Of a stretch of DNA of 64,000 nucleotides, positions 47,046-59,642 are shown piece by piece. Each line of letters opens with the position of its first letter. Positions within the stretch are counted from its first letter, which is position 1. The notes beneath the pieces were generated by a model. The model had not been told where the DNA came from and searched no databases. It saw only the letters and a program-made list of their open reading frames with translations. The position numbers and the translations under genes were made by a program. This stretch comes from Fonticula alba ATCC 38817 (Eukaryota; Protista; Nucleariida), in the NCBI GenBank assembly GCA_000388065.2, contig KB932204.1; one strand, 5' to 3'.

Positions 47046-50000
47046 ATGACAGCCATGCAGCCCTTGGTCCTGCTACTTTCGCTGGCCTCGCTGCACCTGC
47101 TGACTCTATTCGTTGGTCCTTCTCGAGGCCAGGATCTCTTCTTGCACGCGGCTAGCTACCCCGTCCTGCAGGGGCTTGCGCCGGTGTCCTTTGCCACGGC
47201 GGCCAACCAGGGCTCAGTGGCCGGGGTGTCGACGAGTGCCGAGTTTTTCCACATCAAAGCACAGGAGGACGGTGTGGCCGGCCTTTCGGAGGTTCGGTGG
47301 GGTCTCTTCTTTGATGGGCACAAGTCTTCCATTTCACGGTTACGCTCTGGCGATCCCTGGCCGGGACAAGTCATGATGCTCCCTGTGGGGGATTCCCTGG
47401 AGCCCGTGCTGGTGGAACACACCTCGAGCCATGTGGGTCTGCTCTCCTCGATGAATGCCTTTCCCCTGCCCGGGGCGAGTGCTGAGTTGCTGGCTGGCAT
47501 TGCCGTTAGCGATGAATCTGTCGAAGTGCTTGGTGTGTCCAAACAGGCCGCCGGTTCGGAGGGCAGTGTTTTTATGGGCAATCTGACGCCAGCCAGCCTG
47601 AACTTGAAGCAGGACCCTGTCATCGCCACCGCCGGCCTGGTTGTGGCGGCCCCCGGCATCGGGCGGACCTTCTTCCTGGGCAATGGCGATCGCCTCTTGG
47701 CCGCCAACTGGCAACGGAACCCCGTGGTGGACTCTCTCAATGTCTCTTCGGATATTCGCGATCTGGCGGCCACGCGTTTCTTTTCCACCGCGGCCGACTG
47801 CCCTGATGGCTTGGATGTGGTTGTCCTTCTTGAGAGCGGGACAGTGCTTGTGTATCAGTGTTATGATCTTTGGCCGGATACGTCCTTCACCTCGGTGGCA
47901 TCCCCGGTCCGGCCGTCTCCGGCGGAAGGTCGGATCTTGGCTCCGCCGGGCCGGGCCATGGCCGACAGCACGGCGCCCTTCTACCTGGTTCTTGCCGAGG
48001 CGGTGGATGCTCGTGACCGATTGTGGATGGCCGTGGCACATGCCGGGGAATTCTCCTGGCGTCGGGTCATCCTGCCGCCGGGCTTCGCCGATGACCTGGA
48101 GGACTTGCAGCTAGTGCGCTTGAAAATCACCGCCACCGGTTCTGGCGAGTGGACCCTCGTGTCGGGAAACACCGCGCTATTTCCGCCGGAGGTCTTTGGC
48201 TGCGGCACCGATCACACCATCGTCTGCGAAGATGGCACCCCTCCCATCAGCTCATCGCGCGGGTGGTCCTGTGCTCTTGGGCATGCGGCGTCGCCTTTCG
48301 TGTCGCCTGCCTTCCTGTGTGCGGGCTGTGCTGATGGCTGGTATTTGGACCGGCCCACCGGTATGGCCATGGCTATTTGCCAGGGTTTTTTTTTTTTCTG
48401 GCTCTCTTTCCTCACCGATGTTGATGTCATCGAGTGGGTCTTTTTTTTTCCCCCATGTCCTTGCTGCTCCTGACGCTTCTGCTTTGCACACGCGCACACC
48501 CCGTGCCCTCTTATTCATGCCCCTCTCTTTTGCTGGCCAGATGGGGCACCCTTCTCCCAGCCGGATCATGTGTGTCGGCCCTGTCCCTATCCCCATTGTC
48601 GGACTTGCAGTGCCGATGGCTGCCTCGTGTGCGAGGACTCCTTTTTCCCGGAAAATAGCGGCCAATATGGGCAGACCCTCTGCGTGGAGACCTGCTCAGT
48701 GGGCTTCACCGAGATCGCCGGCACCTGTCAACCACGCGGCCTGTCGCCGACACCGTTGAGCATCACCGTTCCCCTGGGCGAAAGTTTGCCGGGCTTGCCG
48801 TCGGGCGTGACGGTGGTCGCCATCGGGCCCACCTGGCTGTCGGTGGATGGCAACTCCTCGCGCCCGATCATTCCACGAAGCCCGGGGCTGGGTTCCCCCC
48901 CGCCCGGGGTGCTTCTCTTTGCCTCCTCGCGAAGCGTCTACTTCCTTCCGGCCAGTGCCATTGGTCAGTTGACGAAGCCCCCACTTCAGCCGGTGTCCCT
49001 CCTTGGCTCCTCTTTAAATGCTGATTTTCGGTCTTTTGCCGAGGCCGGGCCGTTCCTCCACAACGGCCGATTGAGCCACTTGCTATTAATGTGCACTGAC
49101 GGGGGATTCCTCTTCCTTGCGTGGCTCAATTGCGAGCCCGGCGAGGCCGCCATGTGCGTCTCCGAGCCTGCCTATGCCGAGGGAACCTTCATTTCCGGCT
49201 GCATCGAGGTCAGACGTCTGGATGCCGGGCGTGCTCTCGTCCTGACATCGGATCAGGCGCAGTTTGTCCTTGAAGCCGATCCCAGCACCAAGACTGTGCT
49301 GACCGAGGTCGTCCAAGGGGTGGGCTTTGTCAATCTCTTCGCGCCGGGGGAGACGTCGGCCGGCCGTGCGAATCCCGCCCTCGGGGACTGGCTACTGTGG
49401 AGCACCTTCTCGGGCCGGGCCACGGTCAGCCCATGGTCTCTGCTGGGAAGCGACTCACGCAAGCAGGCCATCACCGGTGCCCTCCTGCCGGGGATGCCGG
49501 ATGAGGGCAGCCTCTTCGCGCCAGTCCTTCTCCCTCGAGGGGCGGGAGCCTGGCCGGAGTTAATTCTGACCAAGGCTCAGGGCCCCGAGTGGCTGGTTCT
49601 CCAGGTGCCCGGCGACATGCTGCCAGCTGGCCGGTCCATCGACCTGGCATACAGCCGCCATGTTTTGGGGGTCTTCCCCCAGGGGCTGGCCAATCCCGTG
49701 GGCGGCCGGCTGGATGCCCTGTTCCAGGGGGTTGCCCTGCCAAATGGCGGCCCGGAGTATCCGAGTGTGCTGCTGGTCTTGGCGCGGGCTTTCCTGGGGG
49801 CTTCGCTGCTCCGTTGCCCGGATGGCGTGGCCGGTCGGTGTGCCCTTCAGCCGGCGGTGTTTGTCAGCCTGCCGGCCGAGCTGCGCCTTGCGTCCGGCAC
49901 GGGGCCCTGGCTGCCGGTCATCGCCCAGGCCGGGCCGGGGCCATCCATCGAGTCGGCACAGGCGCCACCGCGGGGGACGATCTTGACCTTGCTGCTCCTT

Positions 50001-53000
50001 TCCCCCAGCACCGGGCAGCTGGTCTTCTCGCTGGATAACAGTTGCCCGGTGGGCACGTATGGCGATGTGTGTCGTGCGTGCGATGGGACCTGCCTCGGAT
50101 GCAGTGGCCCGGGCCCGGGAGCGTGTACATCCTGCTCGGCGGGGCAGCTGCTCCATGGTGGCGCATGTGTGGGCGTCTGCCCGGGTGGCATGTGGCCCGA
50201 TGTGGGTGCCGGTGTGTGCCGGGCTTGCCCGGTGGGCTGTCTGGCGTGCCAGTCGCCGACCCATTGCACGGCGTGCGGTGGGGCTTTCTTCCGAGCCGAT
50301 AACTCCTGCTGGCCCTGCCATGGGTCGTGTGCCGAATGTGCCAATGGGTCCAGCTGTTTGTCCTGCAAAGTGGGACTCATCTTCCTGGAGGTGGATGAGC
50401 TGGTGGACTCGCTGTGCGGAAGTACCTGCCCGCCTGGGGAGTTTGTCGGGAGCGACCGGTGCACCGAGTGCGCCGCCAGTTGCGAGCTGTGTGTCGGCAG
50501 TGCGACCGCGTGTCAGGTGTGTGCGAGGGGTTTCCGCTGGGCCAGCAAGCCGGCACCCGGGGCCCCTGGCGCATGCGTGCCCTGTAGCCAAGGGTGTCAG
50601 TCGTGCACGGTGGACGGGTGTTTGGCCTGCGAGCCGGCTCTCCTCCTGGCACCAGGGGCCGATGCCTGTGTGCCTGCCTGTCCGCCGGGGAGCTGGGCCA
50701 ATGGCGAGTCCTGCCAGCCATGCGACCTCAGTTGCCGCACATGCGTCGGCGGGGAGAGCACCGAGTGCACTGGCTGCGATGTCGGGCTGGAGCTTCTCGA
50801 CAGTGCCCCCGGGGTGGGGACCTGTGTGTCGGGCTGCGGTGATGGCCAGTTCCGGGATCCGGTTTCCGGCCAGTGTGTGCCCTGTGCTCCGGCCTGCGCC
50901 ACATGCAATGGCCCGACGGACCGGGATTGCTGGCGGTGCAAGGATGCCCTGTTGCAGGATGATGGCTGTGTCCAGCATTGTGCCACCCGGCATGTGGCCG
51001 TCAATGGGCGGTGCCTGCCTTGCCATGCTTCGTGTGCGGCATGCACCGGTGTCCGAAGCACCGAGTGCACCACCTGCCTGGGGGGTCTACTGGCGCTGGC
51101 GCCCGGGCCATTGCCCGTGCGCTGTGTGGAGGCCTGCCCGGTGGGGTATAACACGTCGGATTCCGGCTGCACCGCCTGTCGGGACCATTGTGCCACTTGC
51201 CCGAGCGCTCCCGGCACATGTGCGCAGTGTGAGCGTGGGTGGTTTCTCGACCAGGCGGCCTGTGTGGACGCTTGCCCGGGTGGCACGTTCTCCATGGGGA
51301 GCCTGTGCGCCGGCTGCCATGAGACCTGTGCCACTTGCTTCGGGCTGGAGGCCGACCAGTGTCTCGCCTGTGGTGCGAGTGCCCCGTTGGCGTGGGGCAA
51401 TCGGTGTTATGCGGCCTGTCCGGGTGGCACCTACCAGAGCGGCCTCCAGTGCCTGCCCTGCCATGGCACATGTGCCATGTGCTCCGGGCCCGGGGCCAAT
51501 GAATGCACCGGTTGCCATGGCAGCGGCGTCAGGCTCAATGGGTCCTGCCTGGCTGGCTGCCCGAGGGGCTACTTTCCGCAGGGCGACCTGTGTGTCGAGT
51601 GCCATGCTTCCTGCGGCGCGTGCGATGGTCCGGGGCATTGCACGGACTGCCTGCTGGGGCACATGCTCCAGCCGGATGGGGCCTGTGTGGCCGACTGCCC
51701 GGTTGGGTGGCTTGGCTGTCGGCAATCGAAGCGGTGTGTCGCCTGCCCGCCGGGGTGCCTGGCGTGCGAGGCCTCCGGGTCGACGTGCGAGCCCCTCTGC
51801 ACGGTGTGCGATCCGGAGCACGTGCTTTCTGCGGGTGCGTGTCTTTCCTTCTGCCCGGTCGGGGAGTTCCAGCCCCCGGGGTCGGGCTTCTGTCGGCCAT
51901 GCGCGGGGACCTGCTCGAGTTGCTTCGAGGCCGCGGACCGGTGCACCGGTTGCCATGTGGGGCTCCTCCATCCGGCCGAGGGCACTTGCGCCGGGGCCTG
52001 CTCGGGCTCCCTGGTTCCGGTGAAGGGGGTGTGTCTTGGCTGCTTCGCCGGGTGCGAGGCATGCGAGGCGCCTGCGGACCAGCCGGAGTGCGAGCTTCAT
52101 GTTGATGGGTCGTTGGCTTGCCCGGATGTTGCCACCTGCCGGCGCTGCGAGCCGGGGCTCCTTCTTTTGGGGGTCGATCTTTGTGTGGGCTCCTGCCCGG
52201 TGGGCTTCTTCCCGGAGGCGGATGGCGCCGTGTCGCCGGCCTGCCTGCCCTGCCATGTGAGCTGTCGCGCGGGCTGCGTCGGTCCGGCTGCCTCGGACTG
52301 CCAGCAGCCCCCCGGGTCGACCGGGTCTCGCGTTGGCCTGGTCGTGGGGCTTTCCGTGGGCTTGTTGCTTTTGGCCATCCTGCTTGTGGTGGCGGTGGTG
52401 ATCTGGGTGTATCGGCGCCGTGGTGCGGCGACATCAAGGAAGGCCCCCGACACGGAGGACGCCACCATGCTGAACACCATCGTGGAGCTGGCCCTGCCCG
52501 GGACGATCCTGGTCGACATGGCGGTGGACTTTGTCCCGGAGCCCGGGGAGGCGATCGGCGCCGGGAGCCAGGCCAGCGTGGTGGCCGCGCGGGCCATCGG
52601 AGCCGGTATCTCCGCTCGGCTGGGCTGCCCGGAGGTGGTGGCCATCAAGGTGCTGAAGGCCGAGGGCATGAAGCCCACCCATGTGTCCATGTTCCAGAAT
52701 GAGGTTGCCTTGATGTGGCTGCTGCGGGATCATGGCACCATCGTGCGACTGTATGGCTACAGCCAAAGTCCGCCGGCCATCGTGATGGAGCGCTTCGAGG
52801 GGGACTTGAGCACGTTGCTGCATTCGGAGGTTGTCCTGTCGCCGGTGCAGCTGGCGGACATTTGCCGGCAATGGGCCACGGGGCTGGAGGCGATGCATGC
52901 CCATGGGGTTGCTCATTGTGACCTGAAGTCGGGCAATGTATTTGTCAGCCCGGTGGCCGGTTCGTGGCGGGCAGCCCTCGGGGACTTGGGGACGTCGAAG

Positions 53001-53396
53001 AACCTGAACACCGATCGATCCTCGGCCCTCATCACCACCGTGCCGAAGTTGAATGCCATGAGTGCGCGGTACGCGGCGCCGGAGCTGCTGGCGGCCTTCC
53101 GCCGGGGGGTGTCCCTGGAGCCGGGGCTATTCTTCCCGGCGGACATCTATGCCGGGGCGATCTTGCTCAATGAGTGCCTCACTCGAACTGTCCCCTGGGC
53201 CGGGATGAGCCTGCAGCATATTGCGGATGCCGTGCAGACGGACCAGCGGCCGGTGTGTGTGCATTCGTCTCATGCTGCCGAGGGGCTGGTCCAGGCTGCT
53301 TGGCAGACGGATCCCGAGCGGCGCCCCCTGGCGGCCACCTTCCGCCAGCAATGCGCCGCGCTCTTTGTGGCCGCCGGCGGTCTGAATGGCTCCTGA
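47046..53396 (+). CDS. Receptor-like TKL Ser/Thr kinase with large ectodomain and >15 furin-like repeats; exons 47046..48360, 48541..53396 (2056 aa)
   Basis: Signal peptide MTAMQPLVLLLSLASLHLLTLFVGPSRG. One phase-1 intron 48361-48540 (GTATGG...GGCCAG). CxxC array, TM VGLVVGLSVGLLLLAILLVVAVVIWVY. Complete kinase: GAGSQASV, VAIK, NEVALM, HCDLKSGN (52914-52937), DLG (52983-52991), YAAPE, DIYA, WQTDPERRP. Confidence 0.93.
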
Positions 53397-55942
53397 CCGG
53401 GCGCGAGCTCGGCCGGGCTCCGACTTGCCGGCAATCGGGGGACGGCTTCGAGGCACGCTTCGCCTTTTGGAATACAGACAAGCGGCCGGCCAAATGAGCC
53501 ATGGCCGATGGCCGCTGTGTATTTGTGTGTGTCTGTTGACATGTTTGTGTGTTTATTTGCTCATGTCTCCAAGGGTGCATATGTGCCGGTGTGTTGATGT
53601 GCATGTTTGCCTGTGTCTGACGCTGATGATGGCGCATTGTCGGAGAGCGGGAGGAGCGTGGCTGGGACCATTGGGTGGTTGTGCTTTTGGCGGAAAAGGA
53701 GGAGGGAGGAAGCCCCCCGAGGGAGCAGGCTACGCTCTCCCTGGGGACAAGTCGCCAGTGGCGAGGTGTCCCTCCGCCAAAATCCCCCTCTCCCGTTCGA
53801 TGTCTCAGGGCAAGGCCGTCAGCCTCTCCAAAGGGACGCCACAAGATGTCGGCATTGAGCTGGGCGTTGTCGGCCATCAGCCACCCAGGGGCAGGGCGCC
53901 GATGGGCCCCCGGCGAGCCGGACCGAATGGCACCCGGGCGCATGCATGCTGCATGGCCCTGCCTGGAAGCTAACGACCCGAGGGCCATGGCATCCAAGCG
54001 GCTGCCAGTCTGTCGGGGCTCGAGAGGACAGCCCGGATCCCCGCCCGGCCGTCGGGGGCCAAACACACAACCGTTCCCCCCGGCGAGCGGATGCGTTCCC
54101 ACACCTTGCCCTGGCGCCGGAGACCAGCCCCCGATGACCGGGGCGGTGCGGCTGGCGCACGGTCCAGCAGCACCAGAGCATCGACAGTGCGGTCACATCA
54201 CACGCTTCCCCATGGGATCGCGAGACACGGCCGAGGGCCAAAGCAGGGGGCAGAGCCGCCACCTGGACCAGCCGGCGAGGGCAGGAGATGCCTGACCACC
54301 GGCTCCCCTCTACAGCCCGGCCAAGCAGCATGCTTGTGGGCAGACCCCCCCCCCTCCCCGCCGACGGCCTGGCCAGGCGAGGGGCAGCACACGATCCAGC
54401 TCCATCTCCCAAGTGGTGGCCTCGGCTCAAGTAGGGCGCTCACTCGATCGGCGAGGCTGGGATTTTGGTGCCCCGTCGGCCTGGACTGACTGGCACTTGG
54501 GCCTTGACCACCCGGCAGCCAACAGGGGCCCCGCGTCGAGGACCGGCGAAGCCGCACGCGGCCGCGCGTGCCCCACGCGTCGAGGGATGTACAAGCCGGA
54601 AGCCGGGCGGAGGGCGGCCTGGAAGCCGGGTGGAAAGTAACCGGTTTGGGTGATCGGCCTAAGGTGGGCCAGCACCGGCCAGCACCGGGACAGAAAGAAA
54701 CTACGAGAGGGCGAGAGGGCTGGGCGTGGAGGAAGAAGATGAGAAAAAAAGGCGCCTCTTCGAGGTGGTGCCTCTTCGCATGGTGGCGTGAGTGGCGAAT
54801 TAGGCCCGGGAAGCAGGCAAACCACCACTCGGGGAGCGGTGTTGGAGGGAGGCGGGGCATCCTGGGGCAGAGGCCCGACGACGCGCCAGGGCAGGCTGGG
54901 CCTTGGAGCAGGCTGCGTTTGGAGCATGGCCCGGCCGGCCAGCCGAGCCCGATGCTGTCAAGGCATCGGGGCATGCTCGTCCCAGGGACCGATGGTCATG
55001 TCGCACTTGATGTGCTATCCATGGCGCGGGTCATGCCCGGCAGAGCCCTCCCTCGCGTGCAGGGCGACGGTATCGCCGTCAATTGAAAGCGTCCTCCCCC
55101 TGCCGGGGTACCAGCCCGCCGGACGCGCACGCGTAGCCCGGCCCTGTCGGAGGGGTCCCATCGCCACCCTTGGCAATCGGTGCGGGACCGGGCGTGGGAG
55201 GCCCTCTCCCCCTTCCCCGCCCCCCCGATCATGGAGCGACGGCTGGGGGGATGGCAGAGCGGTTTGGCGGAGGCGTCGCCCAAAGGGGCAGAAGACTCTC
55301 TGGGCCGTGGAGGAATCCACCACAAGCGTGGGAAAATGACCGGAGATGCCCTCTAGACGCGTGTTGCATGTGGTTGTCAATGGGGGGATGTCTCGCACAC
55401 CTGCCCAACGGCCTTGGCAGGGGGGTATGCGGGAAAAGTCCCCGACCAACAGGATGCCCGAACGGAGAGGCACATGCGTCGGGGGCACGCCCATCGGCCG
55501 GCCCTGCGGCGGGTCCCCCGATCGGCTCATCGCGACCGAGCCCGAAGGACCCGAGGGAGGTCGTGTGGAGGGCCCGCCTGACTGCCAAGCCCTTGGCGAC
55601 GGAGCGTCGAGGCGTTCTCGGAAAGGCGACTGACACACGCCTCTCGGGCGGACGCGCGGGCCCGTTCTCGGGCCTGCCCTCGAGCTTTTTTGGCGTCCGA
55701 AGGCCCTTGTAGTTTGCCCGCCCGCTCCACCTGGTCGATTTGCCGGAGCCGCCCTCTTCGGCGACACTGGGGCCCGGGCGGAGGCATGTTGGCCTTCGTG
55801 CCTGTGGTCGTTTTCCGGGATGGCCTCCGGCCGGTTCTCCTGCCAAGGGGGCAAGTCTCCGCCGGCGGCAGCCTCGCCGGGGCAGTCTCGTCTTCAGGAG
55901 GCAGGGGTAGGCCCTGCGCGTGGTGCTCGCGAAGCGGCGATG

Positions 55943-55943
<1 letters not shown>

Positions 55944-55973
<30 letters not shown>
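55944..55973. repeat. (TG)15 microsatellite
   Basis: Directly visible. Confidence 0.95.
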
Positions 55974-55975
<2 letters not shown>

Positions 55976-58900
55976 CGAACCGGGCTGCTGCTTCGTGGCC
56001 TTGCGGCTCCCGCACGCGGACGCTTGCCAGCTCTCAGGAGCTTGTACGTCTCATTGGCCGCCGAGGGAATCCCGAGCCCTGCTTCCGGCGGGCCTGCGCC
56101 TGGGCCGGGGGCTGCACTCCCTGGGGGGGCGTGCCGGAGAATAGAACATGCGCGGCTCAGGCTGCAGGCGGGATTCTTTGGCCTGCCATGAACTGACGTC
56201 ATGTGTACAGCAGCCGGCCGGCTGAAGCGATCCAATGCCCAGGCGGGGGCCGACGGTCCGGATGACTGACTGTTGGATGCGACACGAGCGGGGTACACTC
56301 CGCGATGCTGCCCCACCGCGGCTGCCGGGGCGCACCCCGCGGCCGAATGCATTTGTCCCGATGGCGGTGAGCGAGGACCCATGTCGTGCGGCATTCCCCC
56401 GAGAGGGTCGCGCTCGACGTGAGCCACGACGCTGGCATCGAAAGGGGCGGCCGGGTGCCATCGGGTGGCGCTCGGCCCGAGAGGGGTCCCCCACGGCCAG
56501 GCGGGTCCAGGGCCGAGCCCGGCTGGAGCTCACCTCCGGGCGGACTCGGCGCGTCCCTCGGTATGGAGTTGTGCCAATGGTTATGGTTCCGGCATGGTGC
56601 GTCGGTGTGCTCGGGCGGCCCGTGGCGAGGGCGCGCGAACACACGGGAACGCTACCCGGACCCCGGACGATGCTGCCGGCAACTGGCCGCCACGCGTGCC
56701 GGCGCTCCCGGACAAGGAGGCAATATGAGAGCGCACGGGCTTGTGCGCGCGCTCAATGGTGCTGGGGAGGGCGTCGTCCGACACCAGGGCTGGGCATGCC
56801 GCCGCACTTGCTGGCCAGCCTGCTACCGGTGCTGCCTGCGGGTGCTGCCCCAGCAGCGGGCCACTCGTCCAACAGCCAAGCGTGCCACCTGCGGTGCCGA
56901 GTGCGGCCGGAAGCCGGGGATTATGCTTCCCATTCCGCTATCCCCACAAAGGGGTGGGCTGGCGCGCGGCCGGCAGGGTCCGGGGCACCTCTCTGCGCCT
57001 GAGCGCTGACCGAATCTCGGCGCGGCCCGGCGGCCTGTGCGATTTGAATGCTCTCTGCACGCCGACGAAGCTGGCCAACCGGGAGCGCTCGGCTGGCCCC
57101 GAAACGGGGCGCCCCCCTCCCGGCGGCCGGCGAGTCCTCCGATGGCCGAGGCCTCTCCCAATGGGCGACCTGTTCCCGCACGGCGCGGAGGAGGAGTCCC
57201 GCTGGCTTTTCCAGGTGTCCTTTCGCCGGACCCCGGCTATACCACTTCGCCGGTGCATTCTTTGAGGGAACACCTGGAGGTGATGGCCACCGTGCTGGCC
57301 GGATCCGCAGACCCCGTGGCCCACTGCCCAAGGGCGTGGACCATTGTCCCCGGGGCTTGGGGAATACGGGCTGCCCGTCATCCGCCGGGAGCAGCCCAGC
57401 CACCGCCAATGCGCCGCGCAGTGTGGGGCGACTGGGGGCCTCGAGGGTGCCAGCCAAGAGGAGCCGCTGGCGGAACACGCCAAAAAAAAAAAAACAACGG
57501 CCGGGGCTTTCGAGCGCAGCGAAAGACCACAAGAACCACTGCTTCCTGCCCTCTGGCGATGTGGGTGGCTGTCAAGGGCGGCGCCCTGGCTGGCGGCTGG
57601 GGCGACACATCCCCCGTCGCAAGGGCCCAAGCATCCACATGCTGCCCCCCCCCCCCCCCCCCCTGCCCCTGGAGCGGTCGATGCGTTTGCTGCGTCACCG
57701 ACTCGGGCCGGCTTTGTGGCCGGACTTCATTATGGCAGCGTGCGTTGGCGCGACCACCTGCTTTGGCAGAGTCGCCATGGGGTCCGAGGGCTCACCGGCA
57801 CTTGCCTGTGCTTTGCACCATGCAGGGCGATTTTCGAAGGGTACAGCGCCGCCAACAGGACCAACGGGCGTACCGGGCGCGCGCGCGCATGACTGTCGCG
57901 GCTGAGCCCTCGCCAAGGCGCAGGCGGCTGGCGGCCGTGTCAGGGAGCAACAATGTCAGGCTGCGGCAGGCCCCTTCCCGGCCGGTGTGGAGATCACCCC
58001 AAAATCCGAAGGCCGCGAGAAGACGCCCGCACCGGGCCAGGGGGGAGGGGGGGGGGGCGGCAAGCAAAGGGGCCTGGCGGCACTGGTCGAGGGCAGGGCA
58101 CAGTCGGGACCCGTGTCTCGGGGTGCCACTCCGTGCGCATGTGTCTCGAAGTCGAGACGCCGGCTCCGGCCAGCACGCCCTGCCCACGGTGGTGGTCCCC
58201 GAGGCGACGTGAGGGTGTGGGGCCGGGTGACCGGCTTCCGGGCCGGGGGGCCTCTGACGATTGGTCCCGGGAACATGTGCGCAATCGGCCGCCCCGACGG
58301 GCGCCCGGGTTGAAGTGCCGGGCGGCGCATCGCTTCGGGGGCTCCAGAAGGGGGCCAAGATCCAGCCGATGCCACGAGCGCTGCCTATCTTCGGGATCAG
58401 GGGGGTGCCCTCCGGCGGCGCACCCGGTGGGTAGGCGGTCCAGCATGATTCCGCGGCAGACCCCGCCTCTGCGATTCCCTTGACTGGCCGCCTGGGGGCC
58501 TGTGCTCTCGTAGCGGACTCGATCGCGCGCGTGCCTGCGTTTGTCCACGGCGATTCTTCGCTTCCTTCGCCCTCGCCGGTCGGTCTTTTTCGGCGTTCCT
58601 GCCGACGCCCCTCGGTCGGCGCCTGCTGACCTGCCGACCGGCCTTGGCGGGTACCAACTTACCTCAAGCGGGTGCTTCGACGAGCATCTACCAGCCATTG
58701 TGTCGAGGCATCCCGCGGCATGTGGTGCGCCCCTTGGCCATGATGGCGCCCGTTGGCCATGATCGAGAGGCCACGGCCGCCCTGCATCGCGGCCTCGGGG
58801 TCGGGCCGTCGCACGCATCGAGCTTCGGAGAAGCCGCACCATGCATGCCGGCAGCTGCAAGCCGCGGCCATTCGAGCACCGGATCGGGACAGCGTCCATC

Positions 58901-59552
58901 CGCGCGGGTGATCCTTCCGGATCAGTGGTCCCAGGGGGCATGGGGGCCGGGGGTGCCAGGGGGGGTCGGGGCAAGAATCAGCGACTGCCTTGTGACCGGG
59001 CACCGTGGGCAAGGGGCTCCCCGTGGTCGTACCTGGCACGGGAGCGGCAGGGCAAAGACCAAAGGATGGTCCATCACAAGCGCCACGGTGGGGCAACGCC
59101 CGCGCCGGTGCCGAGCGCCCCTCCCGCATGCGAAGTCTGCGCTCGGTGTCTTGGCTTTCCGCGCAAGAGGCCCTTCGGCGAGGGGGAGGGGGCACGGGGA
59201 TGTGCCAAGAAGAAGCGCCGGGAGATCCACCCATTCTTGAGAGTGCCCGGGAAGGGACAGAGACATGTCCCCGGGGGACAGGCGACGCGGCGTTCCGCCA
59301 GTCTGGCTGTGGCGCATGGCCGGGGGCAATGGGCGCCGCCAGGGCATGCACCCGGTCGTGGGTACTCGCGCAGTGGGCGAGTATGGGGCCTCGCCAGGCC
59401 CAGGCGAGAGGGGAGGCCGGCGAAGGCGTCCTGCCCCGGGACGGAGCATCGGCCACCGGCTGATCGGCATTGTCCCGAGCAGGGCGCGCAGTGGGACCAG
59501 CTGAAAGGCGCCCCTTTGAGAGGGGTATTTATTGGGGGCGGGGGGCGGGGGG

Positions 59553-59619
59553 NNNNNNNNNNNNNNNNNNNNNNNNNNNNNNNNNNNNNNNNNNNNNNNN
59601 NNNNNNNNNNNNNNNNNNN
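59553..59619. other. Assembly gap (67 N) next to a G-rich tract
   Basis: Run of n. Confidence 1.
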
Positions 59620-59642
59620 GGGAAACAAAAAGGCAGGGCGAC

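Noticed and set aside
58657-58664. ACTTACCT, similar to the U1 snRNA 5' end
   Set aside because: Only an 8-mer, with no U1 stem-loops or Sm site downstream.
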